A DNA stretch of 47,840 nucleotides from an uncultured Piscirickettsiaceae bacterium. Lineage in GTDB: Bacteria > Pseudomonadota > Gammaproteobacteria > PS1 > Pseudothioglobaceae. Shown here piece by piece: positions 17,692-27,548 of the stretch. The position numbers were made by a program, and so were the translations under genes. The notes beneath the pieces are model-generated. The model ran no database searches. It saw only the letters and a program-made list of their open reading frames with translations, and was not told where the DNA came from. Within the stretch, counting starts at the first letter, position 1, and the number at the start of each line of letters is the position of its first letter. Location: positions 1 through 47,840 of the forward strand of contig CAZSHL010000001.1 in NCBI GenBank assembly GCA_964606585.1, written 5' to 3'.

Positions 17692-18879
17692 ATGAACATA
17701 AACTTTTCAAGAATTGAGCGGCTGCCGACTTACGTTTTTTCTATTACCAATGAACTAAAAGCGCAGGCACGAGCTAAGGGAGAGGACATTATTGATTTTG
17801 GCATGGGAAATCCCGACCAGCCTACTCCTGAACATATTGTTGACAAGCTAGTGGAGGTTGCGCAAAGAAAAGACACCCATCGATACTCAATGTCTAGGGG
17901 AATACCTCGCCTGCGAAGAGCAATTTCAAACTGGTACAAGGATCGATACGATGTTGATATCGACCCTGAGAGCGAAGCAATAGTTACTTTGGGCTCAAAA
18001 GAGGGGCTTGCCAACCTTGCACAAGCCATAGTTGGAAAAGGCGACACGGTTTTGGTGCCAAGCCCAGCCTACCCAATTCACCCATACGGTTTTGTTATTG
18101 CAGGGGCGGATATACGCAGAATCCCTTGTGGACCAGAACATGACTTTTTTGCCGAACTAGAAAAAGCCATAACCGACAGCTGGCCAAAGCCTAAGGCTTT
18201 GGTTCTCAATTATCCTTCTAACCCAACCTCAGAGTGTGTTGAATTAGAATTTTTTGAGCGTATTATTAACATTGCCAAGGCTCATCAAATTTGGGTAATT
18301 CAGGACTTGGCCTATGCAGATATTGTTTATGATGGATATAAGGCGCCAAGCATTATGCAGGTAAAAGGAGCAAAGAAGGTTGCCGTAGAGTTTTTTTCAA
18401 TGTCCAAGAGCTATAATATGCCGGGCTGGAGAGTTGGCTTTATGGTTGGGAACCCAACGCTTGTTGCTGCTCTTGCAAAAATTAAATCCTATCTTGACTA
18501 TGGTATATTTACCCCTATTCAAGTCGCAGCAATTGAGGCTTTAGAGTCAAGCCAAAACTGCGTTGAAAATATTCGCCTGATTTATCAGTCTCGGCGTGAC
18601 GTGCTTTGTTCAGGCCTTGCGAGCATTGGGTGGAAAGTTGTTCCACCAAGGGCAACAATGTTTGTTTGGGCAAAGATTCCAAAGTTTTATGAAGAAATGG
18701 GATCTTTAGAGTTTAGCAAAGAATTGATTAACAGAGCAAAAGTTGGAGTGTCACCAGGAATAGGGTTTGGAAATTATGGCGATAACTATGTACGCATTTG
18801 TTTAATTGAAAACGAACAAAGAATACGTCAAGGCATTCGAGGCATTCGAAGCATGTTTAAGGAAGATGGGGTTTTATGA
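17692..18879 (+). CDS. alaC: Alanine transaminase AlaC (class I PLP aminotransferase)
   Basis: [29 protein letters not shown] and KIKSYLDYG motifs. Confidence 0.9.
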   Translation: MNINFSRIERLPTYVFSITNELKAQARAKGEDIIDFGMGNPDQPTPEHIVDKLVEVAQRKDTHRYSMSRGIPRLRRAISNWYKDRYDVDIDPESEAIVTLGSKEGLANLAQAIVGKGDTVLVPSPAYPIHPYGFVIAGADIRRIPCGPEHDFFAELEKAITDSWPKPKALVLNYPSNPTSECVELEFFERIINIAKAHQIWVIQDLAYADIVYDGYKAPSIMQVKGAKKVAVEFFSMSKSYNMPGWRVGFMVGNPTLVAALAKIKSYLDYGIFTPIQVAAIEALESSQNCVENIRLIYQSRRDVLCSGLASIGWKVVPPRATMFVWAKIPKFYEEMGSLEFSKELINRAKVGVSPGIGFGNYGDNYVRICLIENEQRIRQGIRGIRSMFKEDGVL

Positions 18880-19712
18880 AACTGACTGCCGACCAATTTA
18901 AAAGAGAGAGAAACAAGCGACTGACCTTGCTTGGCATGTCAGGGGTGGGTAAAACTCACCTCTCAAAACTGTTAAGCAGTGAAGGAAGCTGGTTTCATTT
19001 TTCGGGCGACTTTCGAATTGGAACCTCTCACTTGCACAAAGAAATAATTGACAATATATCCTACAAAATGAAGCAGGATCCTTGGCTTTTTGGTTTATTA
19101 AAAAACAACTCAATTAGCGTTAACAGTCAAGTCACTTTTGACAACCTGGAGCCCATTTCTGCATTTCTCGGAAAGGTCGGAAACCCTGAAGAAGGAGGCC
19201 TGCCTATTACTGAGTTTGTGCGAAGACAAGCACTCTTTTTAGAGGCAGAAATTAAAGCCATGCACGATGTGCCTCATTTTATTGAGAGCTCACAAAAGGC
19301 AGGCTATCAGCACTTTATCAACGACGCTGGCGGAAGTCTGTGCGAACTCGAAAGCAAGGCGCTTTATGAGACTTTATCCAAGAACACTCTAATCCTATAC
19401 ATTAAAGCGAGCGAGTCCACCGAAAAAGCGCTTGTAGATCGTGCCGGCAAGAGTCCTAAACCGGTTTATTATCATCCTGACTTTTTTCAGTCTTCCCTTG
19501 ATAGCTATCTAAAAGAAAAAAAGCTGTCTTATGTTGCACAAATAAGTCCTGATGAATTTGTCCGCTGGGCCTTTCCTAGGCTGATAGAAAATCGCCAGAC
19601 AAAATACCAAGATTTAGCTGACCAATATGGATACACTATTAACAGTGACGACCTATATAGTTGTAAAGTCGGAGGCGAAGTTGTTAACCTAATATGTGAG
19701 GCGCTGGACTAA
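18876..19712 (+). CDS. Uncharacterised P-loop ATPase/kinase-like protein
   Basis: N-terminal Walker [20 protein letters not shown]; coupled to alaC (ATGA) and metA. Confidence 0.85.
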   Translation: MKLTADQFKRERNKRLTLLGMSGVGKTHLSKLLSSEGSWFHFSGDFRIGTSHLHKEIIDNISYKMKQDPWLFGLLKNNSISVNSQVTFDNLEPISAFLGKVGNPEEGGLPITEFVRRQALFLEAEIKAMHDVPHFIESSQKAGYQHFINDAGGSLCELESKALYETLSKNTLILYIKASESTEKALVDRAGKSPKPVYYHPDFFQSSLDSYLKEKKLSYVAQISPDEFVRWAFPRLIENRQTKYQDLADQYGYTINSDDLYSCKVGGEVVNLICEALD

Positions 19713-19713
19713 T

Positions 19714-20769
19714 ATGCCATTAATCGCACACTCCAACCTTCCTTCTTTTGACCGCCTAAAGCAACAAGGAGAAACGGTACTTTCAAAAAATAGGGCTGAA
19801 CATCAAGATATACGTGAGCTTCATATAGGGCTTTTAAACATGATGCCTGATGCCGCGCTTGAGGCCACCGAACGCCAGTTCTTTCGACTAATTGGTCATT
19901 CAAACGAAGTTGCTCAATTTTATGTACATCCTTTTTCTATTTCTAGCATTAAAAGAGACAAAAAGGGGGCCGAGCACCTAAATAAGTACTATAAGACTTT
20001 TGACCAAATCAAAACCCAAGGGCTGGACGCATTAATAATCTCAGGAGCAAATGTTTCTCATCCAGACCTAAAGAGAGCTTCTTTTTATGAGCAGCTTAAA
20101 GAGGTTGTAGACTGGTCCTACGAAAACGTTACTTCGACTCTTTGCTCATGCCTAGCAACGCACGCCGTAATGGAATTTAGGTACGGACAGAAACGCCAAC
20201 CAGTCGGAAAAAAGCATTGGGGCGTTTTTCCTCATCAAGTAACCGACAAGGAGCACCCTCTAGTTGCTGGCGTAAATACTCGTTTCGACATTCCTCACTC
20301 TAGATTCAATGAAATTTCCGAATCACAATTCGTTACCGCGGGCGCCAAAGTTCTGGCTAAGAGCGAAATCGGCGTTCACCTCGCCGTAAGCCCTGATTTA
20401 TTTAGACTGGTGTTTTTTCAAGGCCACCCAGAATATGACACCATAAGCCTCCTTAAAGAGTACAAAAGAGAGGTTTTCCTATATAGCCAAAACAAAGAAA
20501 CAGACTATCCGCCAATGCCAACAAACTACCTATCAATACAAAACAAAGCGATATTGGACGAATACCAAACAAGGCTCGCATCTGGCGAGCTAACAGAGGA
20601 AGACTTTCCTGAAGAGCTTATTGCAAGAAGCTTAGACAACACATGGCATGATAGTGCAAACGCTATCATTAACAACTGGGTTGGCTGTGTATATCAAATT
20701 ACCAATGAAAAAATAAATAAGCCGTTTATGAGAGGCATTGACCCAGACAATCCGCTTGGCTTAACCTAG
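19714..20769 (+). CDS. metA: Homoserine O-acyltransferase MetA (likely succinyltransferase)
   Basis: IRELHIGLLNMMP, catalytic Cys region TLCSCLA, PHSRFN and QGHPEYD motifs; start at ATG 19714. Confidence 0.93.
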   Translation: MPLIAHSNLPSFDRLKQQGETVLSKNRAEHQDIRELHIGLLNMMPDAALEATERQFFRLIGHSNEVAQFYVHPFSISSIKRDKKGAEHLNKYYKTFDQIKTQGLDALIISGANVSHPDLKRASFYEQLKEVVDWSYENVTSTLCSCLATHAVMEFRYGQKRQPVGKKHWGVFPHQVTDKEHPLVAGVNTRFDIPHSRFNEISESQFVTAGAKVLAKSEIGVHLAVSPDLFRLVFFQGHPEYDTISLLKEYKREVFLYSQNKETDYPPMPTNYLSIQNKAILDEYQTRLASGELTEEDFPEELIARSLDNTWHDSANAIINNWVGCVYQITNEKINKPFMRGIDPDNPLGLT

Positions 20770-21785
20770 TGACAAGGCTGGCCAAAGGCCTTATATCTTG
20801 GTCTAGAAAAAATGGCAGAAAAAACCTTCCTTGGCAGTCTTTACCCCCAAACCCTTACCATGTTTGGGTGTCTGAGATCATGTTACAACAAACTCAAGTA
20901 AGCTCGGTTATTCCTTATTTTAAAATTTTTATTGAATTGTTTCCAAGCATAGAAAATCTTTCCTCAGCAAATGAAGACGATGTTCTGTCGGTTTGGGCTG
21001 GGCTGGGTTATTATAGTCGTGCAAGAAACTTGTTGCAGAGCGCAAAAACCATTGTCTCTAAACATGACGGCTTGGTTCCGGACAGTTACGAAGACCTTAT
21101 AGCTCTTCCTGGTATTGGACAGTCTACCGCAGGAGCAATCTTGTCATTAGCCTTTAACCAGCCACATGCGATTCTTGATGGCAACGTCAAGCGGGTCCTA
21201 AGCAGATATCATCGCGTTAGCGGCCGACAAGGCGACAGCCAGACACAAAAAAAACTTTGGGCGCTTGCCAAAAAGCACACGCCAGCAAAACATAATGCTA
21301 ACTACACTCAAGCTATTATGGACCTAGGCGCTACAATATGTAAGCATAGCAACCCTGTTTGCCATGAATGCCCCATTGCAAAAAACTGCGAATCAAACCT
21401 TTTTAGTCAACAAAAAAAGTTTCCTACTCCAAGAAAAACAAAGGCGCGACCCGAAAAAAAGGTGGCAATGCTTTTGTATAGAAACGAAAAAGGAGATGTT
21501 TTTTTTGTTAAAAAACCTCCCTCTGGGATTTGGGGAGGACTTTGGAGCCTAGAAGAGTGCAAAGACACCAAGGCTGACATCATTAAGGCAATAAATAAAC
21601 ACAACATTAAAGCTCACGTTCTAAGACGGCTTAAGCCATTTAAACATAGTTTTACTCATTATCACTTATGGATCAGGCCTGTAATTGTGAGCTCTCCAGG
21701 TAAACAGAGAGGCTACTTCAACCCCAGCGCAGACAAACTCGCACTTCCTTCTCCAGTAAAAAAATTAATCTCTTATCTTGATTAA
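20769..21785 (+). CDS. mutY: A/G-specific adenine glycosylase
   Basis: VSEIMLQQTQV, WAGLGYYSRARNL, HhH LPGIG, LDGNVKRV, C-X6-C-X2-C-X5-C cluster, HSFTHY. Confidence 0.97.
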   Translation: MTRLAKGLISWSRKNGRKNLPWQSLPPNPYHVWVSEIMLQQTQVSSVIPYFKIFIELFPSIENLSSANEDDVLSVWAGLGYYSRARNLLQSAKTIVSKHDGLVPDSYEDLIALPGIGQSTAGAILSLAFNQPHAILDGNVKRVLSRYHRVSGRQGDSQTQKKLWALAKKHTPAKHNANYTQAIMDLGATICKHSNPVCHECPIAKNCESNLFSQQKKFPTPRKTKARPEKKVAMLLYRNEKGDVFFVKKPPSGIWGGLWSLEECKDTKADIIKAINKHNIKAHVLRRLKPFKHSFTHYHLWIRPVIVSSPGKQRGYFNPSADKLALPSPVKKLISYLD

Positions 21786-21821
21786 TTTACCAACATTTAA
21801 AGCATTGCGTAAAATAGCCTC

Positions 21822-22739
21822 ATGCAATTAATTCGTGGCCTTCATAATCTCCAAAAACAGCTCGGCTGTGTCTTGACAATTGGCAATTTTGATGGAATCC
21901 ATGAGGGCCACCAAAAAATCATCAATAGTCTTGTAGTGAAAAGCAAAGAGCTTGGCCTTCCGTCAATGGTTATTTCTTTTTCTGTAACACCTGAATCGTT
22001 TTTTGGCCGACCCAAGGCTCGACTAAGTAGTTTTAGAGACAAGCATCTTTTTTTGAAGTCTTTAGGTGTAGAAAAACACCTATTAATTCGTTTCAACAAG
22101 CCTTTCTCACAAATAAGCGCGCAATCTTTTATAGAGGATGTTTTGTTGAAAAAACTGAAGATGCAGTATTGCTTTGTTGGGGACGACTTTCGCTTTGGAA
22201 AAGATCGAATGGGAGACTATCAGTTGCTAGAAAGTATGGCAAAAAATAACAGCTTTATTGTAAAAAAAGTTAGCCGTGTTGCCATTAACGACCAACAAGT
22301 TAGTAGCTCTGAAATTAGACGGCTTTTAAGGCAGGGCGAGTTTGGTGTGGCCAAACAGCTTCTTGGCAGGCCCTTTGCAATAAGTGGGCGCATATTGCAT
22401 GGAGACAAGAGAGGCAGAACGATTGGCTTTCCGACTATTAATGTTTCAATTAGGAGAAGGTTAAGTCCGGTACTAGGGGTTTTTGCTGTGTCAGTAGAAA
22501 TCAATCAAAGCGCTTATCAAGGCGTTTGTAATGTTGGAAAAAGGCCGACCGTGGCAGGCGAAAAAACATTGCTTGAAGTGCATATTTTTGACTTTGACAA
22601 AAGCGTATATGGAGAGCATGCGACGGTATTATTTGAACATCGTATAAGAGAAGAGAAAAAATTTGACTCCTTTGAGCAGTTGAAACACCAAATTGAGCAG
22701 GACGCCAATAATGCAAGACGCTATTTTAAAGCCAAATAG
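21822..22739 (+). CDS. ribF: Bifunctional riboflavin kinase / FAD synthetase
   Basis: IGNFDGIHEGH, GDDFRFG, GRTIGFPTIN and EVHIFDF motifs. Confidence 0.97.
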   Translation: MQLIRGLHNLQKQLGCVLTIGNFDGIHEGHQKIINSLVVKSKELGLPSMVISFSVTPESFFGRPKARLSSFRDKHLFLKSLGVEKHLLIRFNKPFSQISAQSFIEDVLLKKLKMQYCFVGDDFRFGKDRMGDYQLLESMAKNNSFIVKKVSRVAINDQQVSSSEIRRLLRQGEFGVAKQLLGRPFAISGRILHGDKRGRTIGFPTINVSIRRRLSPVLGVFAVSVEINQSAYQGVCNVGKRPTVAGEKTLLEVHIFDFDKSVYGEHATVLFEHRIREEKKFDSFEQLKHQIEQDANNARRYFKAK

Positions 22740-22741
22740 TT

Positions 22742-23776
22742 TTAAACAAGCTTCCAGCTAAGAACTGTTCCGGCAAGAAAAGGAACAACTTCTGAGCCTC
22801 CAAATTCAAAATAATCTGGCGTCTTCCAAGTCTTTTTTTCTAGCGTAATTGTGTCCTTGTTATGCGGGAGGCTATAAAAGTCTGGGCCATGAATAGAGGA
22901 AAACCCCTCTAATTTATCTATTGCTCCTTGGCTCTCAAAAGCTGTCGCATAGAGTTCAATTGCAGCGTAAGCACTAAATATTCCTGCGCACCCACAGGCA
23001 GATTCTTTTTCATGCTTGCTGTGGGGAGCCGAGTCTGTTCCCAAAAAAAACTTTGGGTTCCCCGAGGTTGCCGCATCAAGCAGCGCCTCTTGGTCGGGGG
23101 CTTTTCTTTTCAAAACAGGCAGGCAGTAGTAATGTGGCTTAATGCCGCCAGCAAGCATGTCGTTTCTATTGGATAGTAAGTGATGCGGAGTTATGGTTGC
23201 CGCAAGGCGTTCACTAGATTCTAGTATAAAGTCAACTGCAGCCTTTGTTGTAATGTGCTCTAACACTATTCTTAGCGATGGAAAACTACGAACAACACCA
23301 TCTAGAATATCGTCAATAAAAGTAGCCTCGCGGTCAAAAATATCTACAGTTGAATCTGTCACCTCGCCGTGCACTAACAATGGCATATCAAGTCTTTGCA
23401 TGGCTTCGAGAATCGGATAAATTTTTTCGATTTTTGTAACTCCCCCTCTTGAGTTGGTTGTTGCTCCAGCAGGGTAAAGCTTGACTGCAATGACGCTTTT
23501 CTCTTTTGCAGCGAGCTCTATATCCTTAACGCTAGTTTTGTCTGTCAAATACAAAGTCATGAGAGGCTCAAAATCAACACCTTGCTCTAGAGCGCCCATG
23601 ATTTCAGCTCGATAAGTCAAAGCCTGTTTAGTCGTTTTTATGGGTGGAGTGAGGTTAGGCATAACTACTGCTCTGCAAACTTGCCTAGCGCTCATTCCAA
23701 CAACTGAACGCATTTCACGTCCGCTACGTAAATGCAGGTGCCAGTCGTCAGGCTTAATTAGAGTTATAGTTTTCAT
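22742..23776 (-). CDS. pyrC: Dihydroorotase (homodimeric E. coli type)
   Basis: [20 protein letters not shown] and FLGTDSAPH motifs. Confidence 0.97.
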   Translation of the reverse strand: MKTITLIKPDDWHLHLRSGREMRSVVGMSARQVCRAVVMPNLTPPIKTTKQALTYRAEIMGALEQGVDFEPLMTLYLTDKTSVKDIELAAKEKSVIAVKLYPAGATTNSRGGVTKIEKIYPILEAMQRLDMPLLVHGEVTDSTVDIFDREATFIDDILDGVVRSFPSLRIVLEHITTKAAVDFILESSERLAATITPHHLLSNRNDMLAGGIKPHYYCLPVLKRKAPDQEALLDAATSGNPKFFLGTDSAPHSKHEKESACGCAGIFSAYAAIELYATAFESQGAIDKLEGFSSIHGPDFYSLPHNKDTITLEKKTWKTPDYFEFGGSEVVPFLAGTVLSWKLV

Positions 23777-23824
23777 TAGAGTAAATTTATTTTAAAGCAC
23801 GCCCAAACAAAAGCAACTTTTTGT

Positions 23825-26482
23825 TTAGCCATGACAAAATTTATATTTTTTTCCTGAACCACAAGGACAGGGGTCGTTTCTGCCTATCTTTTTTATCTTT
23901 TTAGGCATTTCTGCTGGCTTTGACCCTGTAGGGCTTTTTGGTGGGTTTGCAGACAAGACTGGTGTCTGATTTTCATTGGTGCTAGAGTCAGTCGGCTCTA
24001 TTTTTTTATCTATGTTGACACTACACAGCGCTTTTACCATTTCTCTATCAATAGTTTCGAGCAACAAAGCAAACATTGTAAAGGACTCTCTTTTAAACTC
24101 TTGCACAGGGTTTTTGTGAGCATAGCCACGAAGATTTACGCTCTGCCTTAAATGGTCCATGACGGCCAAATGGTCCTTCCAAAAATGATCTAGAGCCCTG
24201 AGCATCACAGCCTTTTCAAAAGTGCGCATTGTTTCACTTCCAACAGTCGCTTCTTTTAAGTCATGAGCCTTTATCAAGGCTTCAAGCACAGCACCCAATA
24301 GCTGGTCAATATCAAGCCCTTCTTCTATGATTTTTTGAAGAGACATTTCCAGCCCATATTCTGCCTTTAAAACGCTTTGAAGCCCTGCAACATCCCAGTC
24401 TTCTTCAAGCTTTTCTGGCGTAATGTGCTCATAAAACGCCTCTCTTATGACTTTCTCTCTTGTTGCGCTGTATCTCTCTTTAACGTCTTCGCTTCCTGTC
24501 AATTCATCACGAAGCTGGTATATAACTTTGCGCTGGTCGTTTGCAACATCGTCGTACTCAAGCAAATGTTTACGGGCATCGTAGTGCATGCCCTCTACTT
24601 TTCTTTGTGCATTTTCAATTGTCCTATTAAGCCAACTATGCTCTAGCGCCTCGCCTTCTTTCATACCAAGCTTTTTCATCATATTGGCGGTTTTTTCTGA
24701 AGCAAATATTTTCATTAAGCTGTCTTCTAGAGACAAATAAAAACGTGTTGAGCCAACATCGCCTTGTCGACCAGATCGCCCCCTTAGCTGGTTGTCAACT
24801 CTGCGCGATTCGTTTCTTTCTGTTCCAATTATATGAAGCCCTCCTGCGCCAATAACTTTTTCGTGCCTATCTTGCCAAGCCTCTTTATCTTTTTCGTTCA
24901 TTGTTTCTGCTGGTCTTCCTCCTAAAACAATGTCGGTTCCCCTGCCAGCCATATTGGTGGCGATAGTAACCGCTCCAGGAACGCCAGCATTTGCAATTAT
25001 TTCTGCTTCTCTTTGGTGTTGTTTTGCGTTTAAAACCTCGTGTTTTATTTTGTTTCTTTTGAGCAACAACGAAATCGCCTCTGAGCTTTCGATACTGCTT
25101 GTACCAATTAAAACCGGCTGTAGGGTTTTTTGGCAGGACTTAACGTCGGCAACAATTGCTTCATATTTTTCGCTAATTGTGCCATAAATTAAGTCTGACA
25201 TATCTGCACGACAAGATTTGGCATTTGGGGGCACAACAACTACTCCCAGCCCATATATATCATATAGCTCTTCCGCCTCTGTTTCTGCTGTGCCTGTCAT
25301 GCCAGAGAGTTTTCTATAAAGCCTGAAGTAGTTCTGATATGTAATTGAGGCTACGGTTTGGTTCTCCTTTTTCACACTAACCCCCTCTTTGGCCTCAATA
25401 GCTTGATGAAGCCCCTCTGCCCATCTCCTTCCAGGCATTGTTCTGCCTGTAAATTCGTCAACTATGACCACTTCGTCGTCTTTTACAATGTAGTCGACAT
25501 TTACATGAAACAAAACATGGGCCCGCAATGCAGATATCATATGTTGCAGCAAGACAATGTTGCTAGGGTCGTATAAACTTGTCCCTTCTGTTAATACGCC
25601 GGCCTGGATTAACATGTCTTCTGCTTTCATATGGCCGTCATCCGTAAGAAAAACCTGCTTGTGCTTTTCGTCAAGAGTGTAATCTCCTGGCTTTTCCACA
25701 ACGACCTCTTTTCCTGCTCCCGACTCAACCTGAAGAGAAAAATGCGAAACCATCTTGTTAATTGCGTGATAAGCCTGGGAATGGTCGTCTGCAGGGCCAG
25801 AAATAACCAGCGGAGTTCTTGCTTCATCAATCAATATGGAGTCAACCTCGTCAACAATGGCATAATTGAGTTTGTTTTGCGTTTTTTGTTCTTGCGAAAA
25901 TGCCATATTGTCTCGCAGGTAATCAAATCCAAGCTCATTATTAGTTGCGTAAGTTATGTCACATGAGTACGCTGCTTTTTTCTCTTCGCTAGACATGTCA
26001 GAAACAACAACACCAACTTCTAGGCCTAGAAAATTAAAAACTTTTCCCATCCACTCAGCATCGCGTTTGGCCAAATAGTCATTTACTGTCACTATGTGGA
26101 CACCTTCTCCAGCAAGAGCATTTATGTAAGCAGGCAGGGTCGCCACTAAGGTCTTTCCTTCTCCAGTAGCCATTTCAGAAATACAGCCTTCATTAAGAAC
26201 TATTCCGCCAATAAGCTGCACATCATAGTGCCTCAAGCCAAGCTCTCTTTGGCTCGCCTCCCTTACTACAGCAAATGCCTCTACAAGAATGCTGTCTATT
26301 GTTGCGCCTTGTTCAAGCTGTTGACGAAAAAAAGCTGTTTTTGCACTCAGGTCATTGTCACTAAGAGCCTGCATTTCTTTTTCAAGCGCATTAATGCTAG
26401 ACACTGTCTGCGCATACTTTTTTATTTGCCGGCCGGAACGTGAGCCAACAACCTTTGACAAAATATTATTTATAATACTCAT
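23825..26482 (-). CDS. secA: Preprotein translocase ATPase SecA
   Basis: MATGEGKT, VDEVDSILIDEARTPL, IATNMAGRGTDI and C-terminal SEC-C motif CPCGSGKKYKFCH. Confidence 0.99.
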   Translation of the reverse strand: MSIINNILSKVVGSRSGRQIKKYAQTVSSINALEKEMQALSDNDLSAKTAFFRQQLEQGATIDSILVEAFAVVREASQRELGLRHYDVQLIGGIVLNEGCISEMATGEGKTLVATLPAYINALAGEGVHIVTVNDYLAKRDAEWMGKVFNFLGLEVGVVVSDMSSEEKKAAYSCDITYATNNELGFDYLRDNMAFSQEQKTQNKLNYAIVDEVDSILIDEARTPLVISGPADDHSQAYHAINKMVSHFSLQVESGAGKEVVVEKPGDYTLDEKHKQVFLTDDGHMKAEDMLIQAGVLTEGTSLYDPSNIVLLQHMISALRAHVLFHVNVDYIVKDDEVVIVDEFTGRTMPGRRWAEGLHQAIEAKEGVSVKKENQTVASITYQNYFRLYRKLSGMTGTAETEAEELYDIYGLGVVVVPPNAKSCRADMSDLIYGTISEKYEAIVADVKSCQKTLQPVLIGTSSIESSEAISLLLKRNKIKHEVLNAKQHQREAEIIANAGVPGAVTIATNMAGRGTDIVLGGRPAETMNEKDKEAWQDRHEKVIGAGGLHIIGTERNESRRVDNQLRGRSGRQGDVGSTRFYLSLEDSLMKIFASEKTANMMKKLGMKEGEALEHSWLNRTIENAQRKVEGMHYDARKHLLEYDDVANDQRKVIYQLRDELTGSEDVKERYSATREKVIREAFYEHITPEKLEEDWDVAGLQSVLKAEYGLEMSLQKIIEEGLDIDQLLGAVLEALIKAHDLKEATVGSETMRTFEKAVMLRALDHFWKDHLAVMDHLRQSVNLRGYAHKNPVQEFKRESFTMFALLLETIDREMVKALCSVNIDKKIEPTDSSTNENQTPVLSANPPKSPTGSKPAEMPKKIKKIGRNDPCPCGSGKKYKFCHG

Positions 26483-26521
26483 AACTAGAAAATAATAGAA
26501 AACGGGAGTATTTTCCCACAG

Positions 26522-26827
26522 ATGGAAGACAAATCAACAACAAACCTTGCAAATTTTAACCCTAAAGGGGGCTTGGGGGGCTTGCTTGTTAGAGCAAAAG
26601 AACATAACAGGCTAAATGAAAAGCTGCGACCCCTTCTTTCGAAGCAATTTGAGGGCATTGTTTTATGTCTAGTTGCTGACAACGTGGCAACTTTTTTAGC
26701 TCCAAATTCTTCAATTGCTTTCCGCACAAATAAGCAGCGCGCCCAGTTATTACAAATAATTAGACAAATAGAAAGCCTTTCAACAATAGAAAACGTTGTA
26801 ATTAAAGTGGGCAAAAGCGATGCCTAG
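26522..26827 (+). CDS. dciA: DciA / DUF721 family protein (replicative helicase loader)
   Basis: 101 aa, divergent from secA as in many proteobacteria; FLAPNSSIAFR...LLQII...VVIKV resembles the KH-like DUF721 core. Confidence 0.65.
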   Translation: MEDKSTTNLANFNPKGGLGGLLVRAKEHNRLNEKLRPLLSKQFEGIVLCLVADNVATFLAPNSSIAFRTNKQRAQLLQIIRQIESLSTIENVVIKVGKSDA

Positions 26828-26921
26828 CATGCTAGCCTCAATTTTTTCTTTTAATTAATACACATATACTTTATAATATCTCGGTTTTTTGTCAAAATAT
26901 CAATTATCCAAAAAGTCTCTT

Positions 26922-27539
26922 ATGTCTGAACAAGCAATAGATTTAAAAAAAAGGCGCTTTCTTACTCAAGCAACAAGCGTAGTTGGCGCAGTTGGAGTGG
27001 GCTTTGTGGCCTGGCCATTTTTGTCTACTTGGAAGCCTTCGGCCCGAGCAAAAGCTGCCGGCGCACCAGTTGATGTTGATATATCTAAACTAGAGGCTGG
27101 GCAATTAGTCAGAGTGTTGTGGAGAAAAAAGCCTGTTTGGATCTTTAAGCGCGATGCCAAGGCCTTACAAAGCCTAGAGTCTGAAGCCTTGATTAAAGCT
27201 TTAGCAGATCCTGCAGGAACAGGAAACTCAAAAAACCAGCAGCCCCAATATGTAACACCTAATTATAGGTCTATAGAAGGAAAAGAAGAGATAGCTGTAA
27301 TTGTTGGTGTTTGTACTCATTTAGGATGCTCGCCAACCTATCGTCCTGAGCCTGGAGCTGTAGATCTTGGAGGCGAAAGCTGGAAGGGCGGATTTTACTG
27401 TCCTTGTCATGGGTCTAAATTTGACCTTGCTGGACGCGTTTATGCAGGAGTTCCTGCGCCAACCAACTTAGTCATACCTCCGTATCGTTTTGTATCAGAA
27501 CATTTGATTCGTGTTGGCGAAAGCCCGGTGGCGTCATAA
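26922..27539 (+). CDS. petA: Ubiquinol-cytochrome c reductase Rieske Fe-S subunit
   Basis: Tat-like KRRFL, CTHLGC and CPCHGS boxes; start at ATG 26922. Confidence 0.97.
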   Translation: MSEQAIDLKKRRFLTQATSVVGAVGVGFVAWPFLSTWKPSARAKAAGAPVDVDISKLEAGQLVRVLWRKKPVWIFKRDAKALQSLESEALIKALADPAGTGNSKNQQPQYVTPNYRSIEGKEEIAVIVGVCTHLGCSPTYRPEPGAVDLGGESWKGGFYCPCHGSKFDLAGRVYAGVPAPTNLVIPPYRFVSEHLIRVGESPVAS

Positions 27540-27548
27540 AGGAATAAT

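Noticed and set aside
26824-26835. 12-bp palindrome CTAGCATGCTAG at the dciA stop
   Set aside because: Single instance with no loop or adjacent U tract; compatible with chance
26889-26903. FNR-like site TTGTC-N5-ATCAA upstream of petA
   Set aside because: Wrong spacing (N5 rather than N4), a half-site mismatch, and located downstream of the likely -10
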